DNA of 44,756 nt, filler included, from Catajapyx aquilonaris (Eukaryota), in assembly GCA_000934665.2 (NCBI GenBank). It is 2 parts of 2 records of this genome, joined end to end, with 100 filler letters (N's around TTAATTAATTAA, not from the genome) between each part and the next. Parts side by side here need not be neighbours in the genome. Positions count along the whole stretch, not along the records: positions 1 to 22,316 come from JYFJ02005884.1; positions 22,417 to 44,756 come from JYFJ02005885.1. The stretch is one strand, 5' to 3'. This document shows positions 12,558 through 24,400 of the stretch, piece by piece. The notes beneath the pieces are model-generated. The model had not been told where the DNA came from and ran no database searches. It worked only from the letters and a program-made list of their open reading frames with translations. Position 1 is the stretch's first letter. The number at the start of each line of letters is the position of its first letter. The position numbers and the translations under genes were made by a program.

Positions 12558-12571
12558 ACTACCATAGCAAC
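12558..12571 (-). promoter_or_regulatory. X-box (RFX)-like motif upstream of paralog 3
   Basis: Reverse strand reads GTTGCTATGGTAGT, 180 bp before the ATG at 12751. It shares the 10-mer GTTGCTATGG with the site upstream of ANKMY1. Confidence 0.4.
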
Positions 12572-12750
12572 AAACAGTTATGTTGTGGCAAGCTTTGTTG
12601 AGGTGTTTCCATAGTGATATCAGTGGGGAGCGACCTGTCGAGATGTTCACACAATTCAAAATTCTTTCGTGATATAATCCATAAATAATTGCCCTTTTTG
12701 CGGCAGAACCAGCATTTGTCATCCTACTGGCACACTGAACACTTGCCAAC

Positions 12751-15032
12751 ATGCCACAAGAAAATGTTTCGCACCAGGTAAGTCTTCACATTGAACCATT
12801 TAGGTTCACTCAAAATAATCCCATTCTCATTGTTCGTTAGCAAGCCACCAAGGAACTTGCATTTAAAATTGGGCCCCCTTATCCCAGAGAATTCGCCCAC
12901 GAAACATTCTCCAGATGGAAGAAGGCAGATATCCTCCGAGGTAAATGGCCGTCAATTAACCACCAAAAAAGGTAGTGTCATAGATGCAATTTTTCTTCTC
13001 AGGTATGCCCTCAGAGGCGGACAAGGCCGTTGCAGGTGTAGGCCTCCTCCATGACATCCTGAAAAGGGCACAGAATAACGAAAAGGTGAAGAACCCCCAC
13101 ACGTATTTGGCATTACCAAATTGGTTTCGAAAGCTGGACATAAAGACGGTAGGTAGTACGACTCCTTAATAAAGTCCGGTTCTACAGTATATTGGTCCAT
13201 TGCAGTTGAAGACTCTCTACGACATCAAACTGATGCTGCTAGCCATGCCCAAAAAGCCACCACCTCCTATAAAGAAGGCATTCTCGCCAGCATCTACCAC
13301 GCCCAAAACCAAACCATCAAAAAAGATTCCTCCGTTGACAAAAAGCCGATCTTCAGTCATCATCGAGAAATTGTCCGCGTCGCTGGAAAAGAGGGCTAGC
13401 CAGTCCAGTAACCTGAGTGGTAGACCATCATCGGAAAAGTCTACTCCAAGTACGGCGGACTCTCAGCAGGACAGGCAGAGTTCTTCATCCAACGAAGACG
13501 ACATTGGACAATTACAAGAGGACATCATGAAGTGCATGGAGGAAGGAGGGATGACCATTAATCCAGATGATGTCAAGACGGCGCTGAAAGAGGCGCAAAT
13601 CAGTCGTCTGCCTGTCGAGATGTTTTTCTGCATGATGGCTAAAAGTCCTGGTAAGTTGGGTTTTTCGTATGATGCTAATCATATAATGACATCGACAAGT
13701 TGATCGTCTCATCTCATGTTGAACTGTTGTGAAGCGACAAATGAAACAATTAACATTAACAATGCAAAAATAAACATCGAGTGCTTTCCCGATTCAGGTC
13801 CGGAGTTTCTCTTCTACTCTGCACTAGCATATTTACGTTGGGATGTTCTCAGGAAAGAAGTCGCTGATTACAAGTTATTACAAAGGACTACTAAATGCAT
13901 CGAATACGACTCATTCGACAAGAAAGGGCCTATTACCTGTAAGATATTTGCATTTATAGTTTTTGTTCCAGACCTAATGATACACAATATTTTCCACAGA
14001 TCTTCTTGAACGTCCACCCAAGAAGGTCAAGCCTAAGTCTCCCTATGCGTGGCCAGTGCCATATGTGACAGCAGAATATCCTCCTATTCCTGCTAAGAAC
14101 TACCGAACTAAGGAGAAACGCGGCCCTTTGTCTCTTGCACCCCCAGTGTTCAGGAGGAGGTTCCTGAAGAAAGCCAGGGAGGGAACAGTAGTTGTGGACA
14201 TATATGAAGACACCATCGATATCAGGGTAAGGCAGTCAATATGAATTTGTAGCAAAGATAACACAATATTATTCATTGAAGCATCTCATTTGTCTTTCAG
14301 CGAAGTTTGAAGAAACTGGCAGTGGAGGGCAACCCAATGGCTGCAATGCCAGATATGCATAAACTTATGGTGGCGATAGAAAGAATAAGAGACGACTACC
14401 TCCAGGATTTCAAAAAGTTGATGGTCAACATGACGCCAATTTACAGGGGCCAAGCCAGTAAGCGCACAGTTTACTCCTGATCTAATAAGACGTCATACGT
14501 TGGGATATGTACAGTCTGACACATGGCCAAACTGCAAAGAAATCCTGTGATAATAATATGCGTAGCTCAAGTGTAATTTTCTATTTCAGGATCGTCCATA
14601 CATCTGAGCCAGTACCATTGGATGAGCAAGCGTCTTGTTGCCTATCAGGCTTCTCTGCCTTTACCTGCCACTGGCAGCGAATGGACCACATACAAATACC
14701 TTCTTAGCATCCGTCAGAAACGCGACGCAGTTTTGAACAACTACTTTACTTTCCTTCGACGAGTCAAGGTATATTTACCAACCACCTTTTAAATAGCAAA
14801 TCACGCACTAATTACGCTTGAATTTGAACAGATCATGACAGCCTGGCAACACTGGAAGGGCATGAAAATCGACAGCTTCTGCACCCAATTCAGTCGCTTA
14901 AATTACGTGAACACCTTCGAAGCCTATGAGTCTTCCAGGGAGAAATCATGTCCCATATTGTCGTGCTTTCTGGGTCTTCCATCGTTGCCTCATCTCCCTA
15001 AACATCCTGAAGGATGGCAAATTTTCTTTTGA
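12751..15032 (+). CDS. Uncharacterised protein, tandem paralog 3 of 3 (DUF4771-like), about 540 aa, 9 exons
   Basis: Exons 12751-12777, 12841-12940, 13003-13148, 13206-13650, 13798-13938, 14000-14226, 14301-14457, 14590-14768, 14832-15032. Same phases as paralogs 1 and 2. Motifs SRLPVEMFF, RTKEKRGP, LAVEGNPMA, SQYHW..LPLP, HWKGM, GWQIFF*. Ser/Lys/Pro-rich insert in exon 4. AATAAA at about 15083. Confidence 0.82.
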
Positions 15033-17518
15033 CCTAAAAGTTCCCCTTTAATGCTCATCCCAAATGTTGCCTCCTAAAAATTAATAAATTGCCTTTTGCG
15101 GTGTATTTTTCTCGTCCAAATCTCTTTCCAAGCTGACCATATATCATCCCGGACCACGACAGCAAAAAAGTGGTTCGACGTTATGGCGTCAGCAAGGTCT
15201 TGGGTTAACCTCAACAAAAAAGGGCTGCTTTCAACAACTCTGATGAAGTTCCAGAACAATTCGTGGTCAAGGGTGACTAAGGGAGCATTAACTTGCAATT
15301 TCCGCTCGCTAATTAAGTACGAAATTATTTAAATATCGAAACACTTCCGCCCCGATAATCATTGCTTCCTCTCTCGATTTTAAGCATATCCTTTCAATAT
15401 CTTCTCAATCGTAGATTGTTGCGTGGGTGTACTGCCGCGCTTTGTTGTTGCCAAATCCACCAGCTCATCAGGTGAGAAACGAGGGCAAGCATCCCGTGGC
15501 CATATCCCCAGACGCGGCAACAATGCAATGCTATCGATCCTACAAAAGGGGGAAGGGTGGGATAGAGGGGGGGGGGGTGCCAAGCATATAGGGGCNGGGG
15601 CAATGCGGGGGCGGTAGGACTCGGGGCAGAGTAGTGCGCCTGAGCGGGACCAAATCAGCCGTACCCTAGTCTGGATTTAGGACCGGGAGAGCCAGAGAAG
15701 AAGACTTGTGTCTGACGGTGACACGACACGACATAACTCAACCATTGGATCAAGTCACGGTCTGTCTGAAAGGTCAGTGGTTCGTGGTTGTCTAATTAAT
15801 TTTCTTAATTTTTTTGGGGGGATATACCCATTTTTGGGGGATATTACCATAAATGGCATAATAAGCCAGAAATATTCAGCCCCTGCCATTTATGCATCCT
15901 GGTGGAATAAGGTGTCTAAAAAGTTGCCTCCACTGCAGGATATTTAAAAAATTCTCACATTCGCAAACTGCAACCGGTTGTACCGCACATACTCAAATAG
16001 CACCCTAACAAAGTGCTAAAACCGCATCAAAATATTCCACTCACGCTTTAGTAACATCCATGTGATGCAAATAGTAACGAGCTCCACTGTATATAAAATA
16101 GTGTACATTTTACAGACCCCGGAGCATTACCTTGGCAACCAGCTCCCGGAGGGCTAAATGGACTTCCGTACCTATAACACTAGCCCGGAGCATAGCACAA
16201 TCCGGTGGCATTTGCCACTTTTTCTCCAGGCAAAAAATGCATATTTCCCTGCTTAATTACATGGTAAAAATCGATCCGAAAATTGTTTATTTCCGTCTCC
16301 TTTTCCCTGCTTTACGTTGCGTCAACAAGGGGTGTCAAAATAATGGGGAGGCTCAACTAAAGCCATGGGTGTCACGTTGCATGCGGTACATATTGATCTT
16401 GTTGAATTAACCCCCAGGGCGAACTGCCAAAAGACACTATTCAATGGCGAAGAAAAGATAAAGCTTCTTTTTTTCTCATTTCGATGAAAACAAGGGATGT
16501 GCGCAGGTGCGTGCATCGGGCTATTGTTTACACTTTGCCTGTTGAGAAACATCGTTGACGTCAATTGGTGGGGTACATGTCCTTCAAAAAGGGAAAAGAA
16601 TGGTGCTTAAAACTTCTCTGTCATGGATTGAAACCTTCGCGTGATACCAACCAGTTTTTATCAGTGGGTTACTGGGATTATCGGCCAAGTCTTATCTGTT
16701 CGAACAAATATTTGTGCTGTGATTTGGACTATATCTATCTCAAGATCTAACATTAGTAGTGGTGAGACTACTGGTTTAAAATTATAATTAGTCCATTATA
16801 CTTAGAATGGCAAATCATTAACATTCATATCACACACTACTTGGTACTTCCACAGTGTAATGCAATGACAATATCCTGAGTCCCACCCTTGCTCATGTTC
16901 AATTAATTTCACTCCCTACTACAGTTTTACAAAAGGCTGGTTCGCCTAGTCGAGCAGAAATCCGGCATTTGCCTAACGCGTGGAAAAATAATTCGAGGTT
17001 CACAATGGACTCCATAATTCCCAGCCAATTCATCCTACTGTAACCATGAGAACACTCTTGTGATCGATATTCCTATATTGGCAGAGAGCCTGAAAATGTC
17101 AGGCTTCAAAAGATTATGCCTGCAAGAAAAGAGGGGTTCGCAGTAATGGAAAATCCGTGTCATATAACTTCATGATGCATAATGTAACATCGCTGCCTCG
17201 AAATACACTGCATATTGTGTGAGTTCCTTCGCATCAACGCCATGGCATGCAATATCGCCAGCATGTCGCGTAGGTGAATTTCCGTGATGTGAAACAGAAT
17301 TAGGTCCTAGTTCTGACCACGCCTAGCAGAACTGATAAGGATTGATGAATGGGGTTTGGCTCATTTCATCGACAGCTCCGCCATCAATATGTGTATAGTG
17401 AGACATGCACTTGTCCAGGTTGGCCGTTACATATCGACCACTTTGATTCTCATCCCAATGAAAATAACTGTAGTCATTATTGTCATGTATTTCAATTCAG
17501 AAGGCGCACGAGCGCCAA

Positions 17519-19267
17519 ATGAACATGTGGGCTTCAAGTCTTCTCCTTCTGCTGGCACCAATTGTGCTAAGTAAGCCCGCGCTGCCGAAGAGTGACCACG
17601 ACAGCCTCAACATTGCCCTCCAGGCCGTGGCCCGGCAGAAGCGCGCCTTGATGCTGGAGTACGGCCAGCCAGAGGACATCGGATACGGCTACCAGAAGGC
17701 GGCCAGGTCCCTCCGAGCCGCCCTCATTCACCAGCAACAGCAGCAACAACAGCAGCACCAGAAGCACACCCGAGAGGTGCCAATCCTCTGGGACGACCTG
17801 ATCCCCCAGCGTCGCTCAGCCCCGACCATGTTCCGGGAGCGCCTCCGAGGGGTGGACAAGAGGCTGTCAGAGAGCGAGGAGCAGAGGGAGCTGGCAGACT
17901 ATCTGGCCACATTGGAGAGGATGAAGGCCCATAATGTGATCGAGCCCATGGGGATGCACAAGATGTGGGAGCACCACCACCGTCCGGAGATGTGGAGCTC
18001 CAGCGCGGCTGCTGAGGCTGACAGGGAGAGGTTCCTGCAGCTGCTGAACGAGCTGCACAGGAAGGCGCAGGAGGCTGAGGAGGAGAGGGAGGAGAACGGG
18101 ATCGCGGACAATGACGACGGAGAAGGTGGAGTGTGGCCCATGGCGGCCAGGAAGAAGAAGGAGACGCCATGGTTCCTGCCGGAGGAGGATGACGCCGTGG
18201 CCATGGCTGCTGCCTCCGCCCCGGAGGAGGACGGAGACGACGGAGATGTCGACGATGTTGCAGGTTAGTGTTTGTCTTAACTGTCACACTGCACGATTCT
18301 GACAAATATGTTCCTTCCTTGACAGGCCGTCCAACCCCGATCGAGTGGACAGACGAAACTGAGCAGTTCAACCTGCCCAAGAGGATAGCCAAGAGGGGTA
18401 ACAGCAACGCCGGCCCCACCAGAAGACTCATCTTCAAGACGAACACTGCTCCTCTGGAAGTGAGACGCAAGCACAAGAACAAGGGCGACGCAGATCCGAC
18501 AGACTCCACCGTAACGGAGGAGCTCGACACCATCTTCGAGAAGGACAAGAAAGACAAGAACAAAGAGAAGAAAGAGAAGCTGAACAAGGACAAGAGGAAG
18601 GCCAAGAGCAACGCCACGAACAAGAGCGTGGCCGTACCTCCGACCGTCGCGGCCAAACACTACAAACCCACTTCCCCTCCAGCAGAACCGGTCAAGAAGA
18701 GCCCAAAGATGGCCAAGAAATCGGTGGACTGGTCCGAGTACTTCGGTATCGACAAGCGAAGCGTGGAACCAGATGAGTGGCTCCAGGACGAGTACATCAA
18801 GATGATGGCCATGGCCACTAATGTCCGCAAGCGCAGTGCCGGCCCAATGGCCATCCCCAGCACCCACGACCACGGAAATAGCCTTCCTCCTCCTCCGGTT
18901 CTGCAAGGGATGGCCAACCAGCTGGACTCCATGGCCGACAATGCCATCGGCGAGGCCCTCAAGTACACTGGTGCCCACCAAGGCACCACCCGACAAGACC
19001 AACTGGCTGAGGTCAAGGCGGAGGTCACGGCCAGACTTCTGGCCGCCTACCGTCTCGAAGCCCTCAGACATTCACTGGAAGAGCTCCGAAAGACACTGGA
19101 AAACAGAGGATCACACTACATCCAGAACGCCGGACACTACATCCAGAACGACGACCCCATCGACCTGCAAGAGGGCCCTGAGGTCGTCTTCGGCAACAAC
19201 CACATGCCTTCCGGTACCAGAAGCCTCTTGATGGACAACCCGGAAGACAATCGAGTCCACGAGACAG
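17519..19267 (+). CDS. NVP-like (prohormone-2 / baratin-type) neuropeptide precursor, probably 3'-partial
   Basis: Exons 17519-18263 and 18326-19267 (62-nt phase-1 intron). Signal peptide MNMWASSLLLLLAPIVLS and many dibasic KR/RR/KK sites. Motifs recalled from insect NVP-like precursors: DIGYGYQK, TxxELxxIF, KKSVDWSEYFGIDKR, EALKYTGAHQGTT..EVKAEVTARLLAAYRLE. A strong donor (AG|gtaagc) at 19267 implies further exons not found here; unspliced read-through stops at 19290. An acceptor at 17500 implies a non-coding 5' exon. Confidence 0.75.
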
Positions 19268-21559
19268 GTAAGCTACTTCCTATATACTAATGATACGCAC
19301 ATCACGCCAATGTTGCATGTCGCACTTCATACACTGTTTAAGACCATCGATTGGTATGTACAGTGTGTGCCAATTGTTCTGTCCTGTTTTAGCAATATTG
19401 TATTAGTGCGAATTTTTGGTGGGGAAATGAAATCCAGACAATTAAGACAAATGCCCGGCACGTCGCCTAATTGATATAAACGACTTGCATAACGCGGCTA
19501 ATTGGCAAGAGCTGCTGGGTACTTCCATCATTTAAAACTGTATTCATAAGTGGGCGTTTTTGCACCACCGGAAGGTTCGTTCAATATTAGCTGACATCGA
19601 ATCCACTCCCACAGCGAATGCCGGACCATAAATAACTATACCATGCATAAATGTCGCGTCGAGGGCTAAACAAGTGCTATCTCCATCATTAGCCGCGGGG
19701 AAACAGGATATGGTCGAAGAGGCAATTCCCTTCCACCTGAGTGACCACAATAGGGGATCATTCTGCCGCTGCTTATCGTTTAATTACTTGTGTAAGCCGA
19801 TTCGTTACGGCAAAGTGCACACCTTGCCAAAGAGCCACGGACAGTAGCAACCACCAATCATTAACAGAGTCAGTCACTGATATGCGTGTTGAAAATGTGT
19901 CTATAGCATGTCAGTGATGTTGGATTGATTGAGATGGTACAGAAGCTATCTATAGACGTGTTAGGCTGCATCGCCATGGAGATGTTGGGAGATTTTTCTT
20001 CTGACGACATGGGGTTGTCACGACGACGCGACGCTTCCCAGACGCGTATGATCCGGTACCTATATAACTAGCTCTTATATGGCATATATAACTATATGAA
20101 GGACGCCTGATCAGTCACAAATTTCGTAAATAATAATTGAGGGCATGCCCAATTTTTTATTTAATTGCAATATCTTTTTTCACGGGTCAATCTCGCTAAT
20201 ATTCTTTCTTTCGTATTCTTCAAAAGTGTCTATATGTGGAAAGGAAACTATTCCAGACAAAAGGAGTGGGAATCGATTTGGCCACTCTTTTGACAGTTGG
20301 AGAGCGAAGGGAGTTCTACTGGAAAAGAAATATCCAATTCCAAGTGAGTTTTATCAGTAGCGGCAGTAAAAAAAGACCGGATTTCAGTTCTTCTTTTATA
20401 GAAACGGAAAGCAATTGAAAGCGCTTCGTGAATTATTGCCAAGCCAACATCAAAGTTGCTAGGGGCAACAGTACAGGCCCATAATGAGACCTGCAAATAG
20501 CAAATAATGCTGAAGCTTTTCCGATGAATGCTAAATGTCAAAATACTAACATTAATCTCAGATTTTGCACGTAGGTTTGAAAAGGATGAATTGCGATTTA
20601 CGTCGTAGAATTTTGCGGAAGTTGATATCAAAGAGTAATTATTAATACGGATCAGCCGTAGAGATTAATGGAGCTGATTAACGCAACATTTCTGGAAAGA
20701 GCTAATTAGCATGCTAACACGGTCGTAATTAATACGTCGGTTTTGTATTAATTAGTTCGATATTTCACCAAGCATTCACTGATAGGTTGTTCCATTGGTT
20801 ATCTCTCGATTGTACAGTTTATGACCAAATCAGGTGCGCATCCGGTAACCACATTATGCTGTTGATAAAAGTATCGTATAAATGGTCGTTAACTTCACGG
20901 GGAAAAACAGTCATTTGATACCAAAACACTCGGGGCACTCTAGTCGGCACCAGTTTGCCTACAATAAAGTCAGGTTTTCCGTTAAAAGTACCGTAAGTGC
21001 TAGTAATAAATCGGCTAAGTGCAGCCTAAAAGTCTACACCGATAATTTAATAGTTGAAAAAGTACACCGTACTATTTTCTTTAAACATGGCCAAAATGAG
21101 ACAACTCTTATCGCGTGGTGGGTGATCCGGAGTGGGTGGCATTCAGTATTTCCTTATAGTTTGCGATTAAGCGCATTAACCTTGGGCTCCTTTGTCTATT
21201 TTTAATACAGTTTTTCGCTCAATGAACACAGGCCTTTCATCCTTTATCGAGTGATGAATGACTAGTCTGGCAGCATCAGCCTTGCCACACATGCCGCTTG
21301 ATTAATACTGCATTGTTATACTGGACTTCGATTCTTTTGTTCCTTCCGCAGAATTTCTAACCCTGCAAGTAATTTCATTAATGAAGACATTCGACTATAT
21401 AAGACATCTATTGATGAGCTACAAATACGCGACTATATAATAATTATATTCCATCCCAGGTGCAATAAATTGGCTTGATAAATCCTGAAGCCGCAGACAC
21501 AATTTCACAGCTGGGTAATTCCAGGAGAGTTCACCCAAGCGATGACACCCTGCATTTTT

Positions 21560-22316
21560 TGTCAGAAATGAAAATCGGCATACTGATTTGAATCCGCAAC
21601 AGTAGCCTAACTGTCGTATTTTCAGCTCCTGGAGGTCAATAGGTCACGCGTAAAGGTAAGGTCAATAATGGGCACGGCTCGAAACTTGCTATTGGAATTC
21701 TGCGATTATCTTTGGAACTATTTGTGTTATGGTTGTGGCCGATACATCAAAATACTCGTAACAGTTTGGGGAACCTGATCCATGCCATAAAAGTACAGAA
21801 TTAGCTCAAAAATAACAAATAATGTCAAGGTCAAATCTTGTGACCTTTGACATTTCTGCTGCAGTGGATAGAGATTTTTTTGAAAAATATACACTTGTGC
21901 ACCAACTCATCATATAGCTTGGGTGAAAATTAAAATCGTTAAGATTTTTTTGTTTTCCAGAAAAAAATTCCCAAACTTTCCCGGGAGGCGCATGATGACG
22001 TTACTTATGGCCACTTATGGCACAATCCCGAAGAAAAGTTTGTTTTCAATAAGTCTAATTTGCGCATATGACTTCATAGGGTGATGACATACTGCAATTA
22101 TGTTATTCGTAAAGGCACTTCAAAATAATAAAATTATTAAACAAATAAAATTACACTGTTCTTCAAAAAAAAACTTTCTTTCGCTCTTTCGAAAACTTCT
22201 GTGCGCCTTTTACGGATTTTGGGGTGCTGAATCCGAATCCGGCAACAGATTTGCTCTATCACGTACAGTTTTTGAGATATATCGTTTTAAAACTTGGGAC
22301 GGTTTACTAGGGGTCT
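21560..22316. mobile_element. Probable degenerate non-autonomous repeat/transposon remnant abutting the gap
   Basis: Contains motifs typical of arthropod interspersed repeats (TTTTGGGGTGCTGAATCCGAATCCG, GTTTTTGAGATAT, GTCAAGGTCAAA, tandem CACTTATGG). No termini defined; boundaries approximate. Confidence 0.35.
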
Positions 22317-22416
22317 NNNNNNNNNNNNNNNNNNNNNNNNNNNNNNNNNNNNNNNNNNNNTTAATTAATTAANNNNNNNNNNNNNNNNNNNNNNNNNNNN
22401 NNNNNNNNNNNNNNNN
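22317..22416. other. Artificial assembly gap/linker: 44 N + TTAATTAATTAA + 44 N
   Basis: Exactly 100 nt and symmetric. TTAATTAATTAA is the standard six-frame-stop spacer used when joining contigs. Confidence 0.95.
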
Positions 22417-22548
22417 GGGTAGGAGGAGAGAGGGGGGAAAGGGTGATCTGTGGGGGGGGGGCGGTCAGGGGTAGGGGGAAAGGGGCGGTGTGGGAGGTGG
22501 CAGCCAGGGGGAAGGGGCGGATAGAGTGAACCCGGAACCGGAAAATCG

Positions 22549-22643
22549 AAAAAAAAGTCTAATAGCACGGCTCTGTCTGTCTGTCTGATACCTGTCTACA
22601 GACAGCCGTTGTATAAGACTTTTTTTCTCGAAAAAGTCTAAAA
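22549..22643. mobile_element. Possible terminus of a Helentron-associated (HINE/DINE-1-like) element
   Basis: Hairpin AGACTTTTT..AAAAAGTCT (22616-22639) next to an A run, an inverted copy AAAAAAAGTCTAATA (about 22550-22564), and a (CTGT)n microsatellite between them. This layout resembles DINE-1/HINE ends. Confidence 0.35.
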
Positions 22644-23399
22644 TATTATGATATTCCGCTTGATTCACCAGAGCTGTTTCCGTACAGAACATAATAGTGT
22701 AAACAAGGCGTTTTAGCCTATACAGTATTTTTCTATAAAAATATAGCAGCCATTGCCAAATATGACAAATAATTCTAGTAGACGTTAATACTTTCTGGCT
22801 GGTAGTCCAGTCGGTATAGCTCCTTACTTCACATCGATGAGTTGTAAGCTGGATTTCATCGATGTGCTTGGTGAAAGGATTTTTTGTGCTTCCGTGACCT
22901 TATCTGATCCCAAAATGTTCTACGTGGACTTGAAGGAAGAGGAGAAAGTGAAGATGGTGGGAGAGGGAGAGAGAGAGTTTATATTGGGAGAAGAGGCTCA
23001 AATACACTTTTTTGTTTTTGAACTATTTGTGAGTAGGTTTTTAATAGTAAGTTAATGGGTTTTGTATCTGTCATACTGTAAAAACTATTTTTCTAGCCGA
23101 TTGTGTAGTGGATTAGCTTGAAATAGATTCTGGAGTATTCTCGAGGGAATAACTTCTCATAAGTTATAGGCTAATCAGGTGCCCACTTTCTTCTGTAATT
23201 ATGCCCTTCAGGCAGATTATTACGTGTAATCTGGTGACTGCTGGTGTACACGTGAGAGTGGAGTGGTTAAAATTGAATTTCAAAATTATCTCAATCATAT
23301 TCTACGATATAGTACCTGTCTTGTACCAGCCTCTTAATGCATATTGTAATTTGTGACGTCACTTCCTTCCTGTTAATTTTACAACAGTTTCTTCTTATG

Positions 23400-24400
23400 G
23401 CTGAGTTGGCCTTGTTCTCATCCCTTTGTCATACTAACCTTTTATCCACATAATTACATTCCCTTTACCGGACTTACACAATAATATTTCTATCATGGTC
23501 CAGGTGTCTCAGCTGGTTTACCCTCGCGTGTTAGATCAATATACAGTATATTACAACGAGAAAAGAGGATGGTCATCAGTAGGTAGTACAGTACGGTGGT
23601 CTATGTGTCTTTTCAGATAGTGACACATATTGCAATAGTCTCTTACAAACAAAAATATTCTTGCTACGCAGAAGCGATGTTTATCGCAGGTTCAGATATC
23701 TACGGCACTGAACTACGTAAGTACCTCACGCATCATTTTGCATAATTTTTGTGAATATATTACAGATATTATCATATTTCAAATACATGGGCTTTAGCGG
23801 TACCAGTAGCAGGTGTTCAAGCAGATAACACTCTGACACACATTTCCAGGGAGAATGTTTCCATTTTTTTTAAAAGCACTTTTTTGGGGAGCGTTTCGCC
23901 GGAGGGTAGGTTTCATAGCCCAGAGTTGCTTGGTTAAAAACAGTTTGATACTATCTCGTGCGACTTTCATTATAATGACATAAACTTCTTCGAATATATG
24001 AACATTTGCATTGCTGTTGATGGCCTAGATTTTTTTTCTTGTTGTGGACGTGGACAGTGTAATATTTTGGAATCTAAAACCTGCGGCTGGTTTTTCGTAG
24101 TGAAGGGAAGCTTAGAGGTGATGGCCTGCTATTGTTTATGAAAATTGCAAGCTTTAGGTCGGGATGTCGAGAGTCAATGGCCGCAGGATATTTGAGGGAG
24201 GAATTTTTGGGACATAATAATTGTTCTATTGCTTATATACGGTCCGGTAGCGATCAATAGAAAATGTCAATGCTGTTGTTGTATTGGTATAGATCGTTGT
24301 CAGATAAAAGAGGCAGCGGAGACTTTAAAAGTTGCGGGTAATGTGGTGACCGATATAACTGATTGCTGTTCTGAAACTTTGCAAAGTTATTGATAAGATA
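23400..24400 (-). mobile_element. Highly degenerate non-LTR retrotransposon (LINE) reverse transcriptase relic
   Basis: On the minus strand, eroded motifs appear in RT order and plausible spacing: PK..LRPLTL (about 24210-24170), AGFRF for QxGFR (about 24085), KAFD-like (about 23960), GVPQG-like (about 23800), D-K-R-L of the KYLG..D.KL block (about 23440). Many stops and frameshifts; boundaries approximate. Confidence 0.5.

Noticed and set aside
17724..19071. Long minus-strand ORFs (310 aa, 264 aa, 122 aa)
   Set aside because: Antisense shadows of the GC-rich, codon-biased prohormone exons, with no recognisable motifs.
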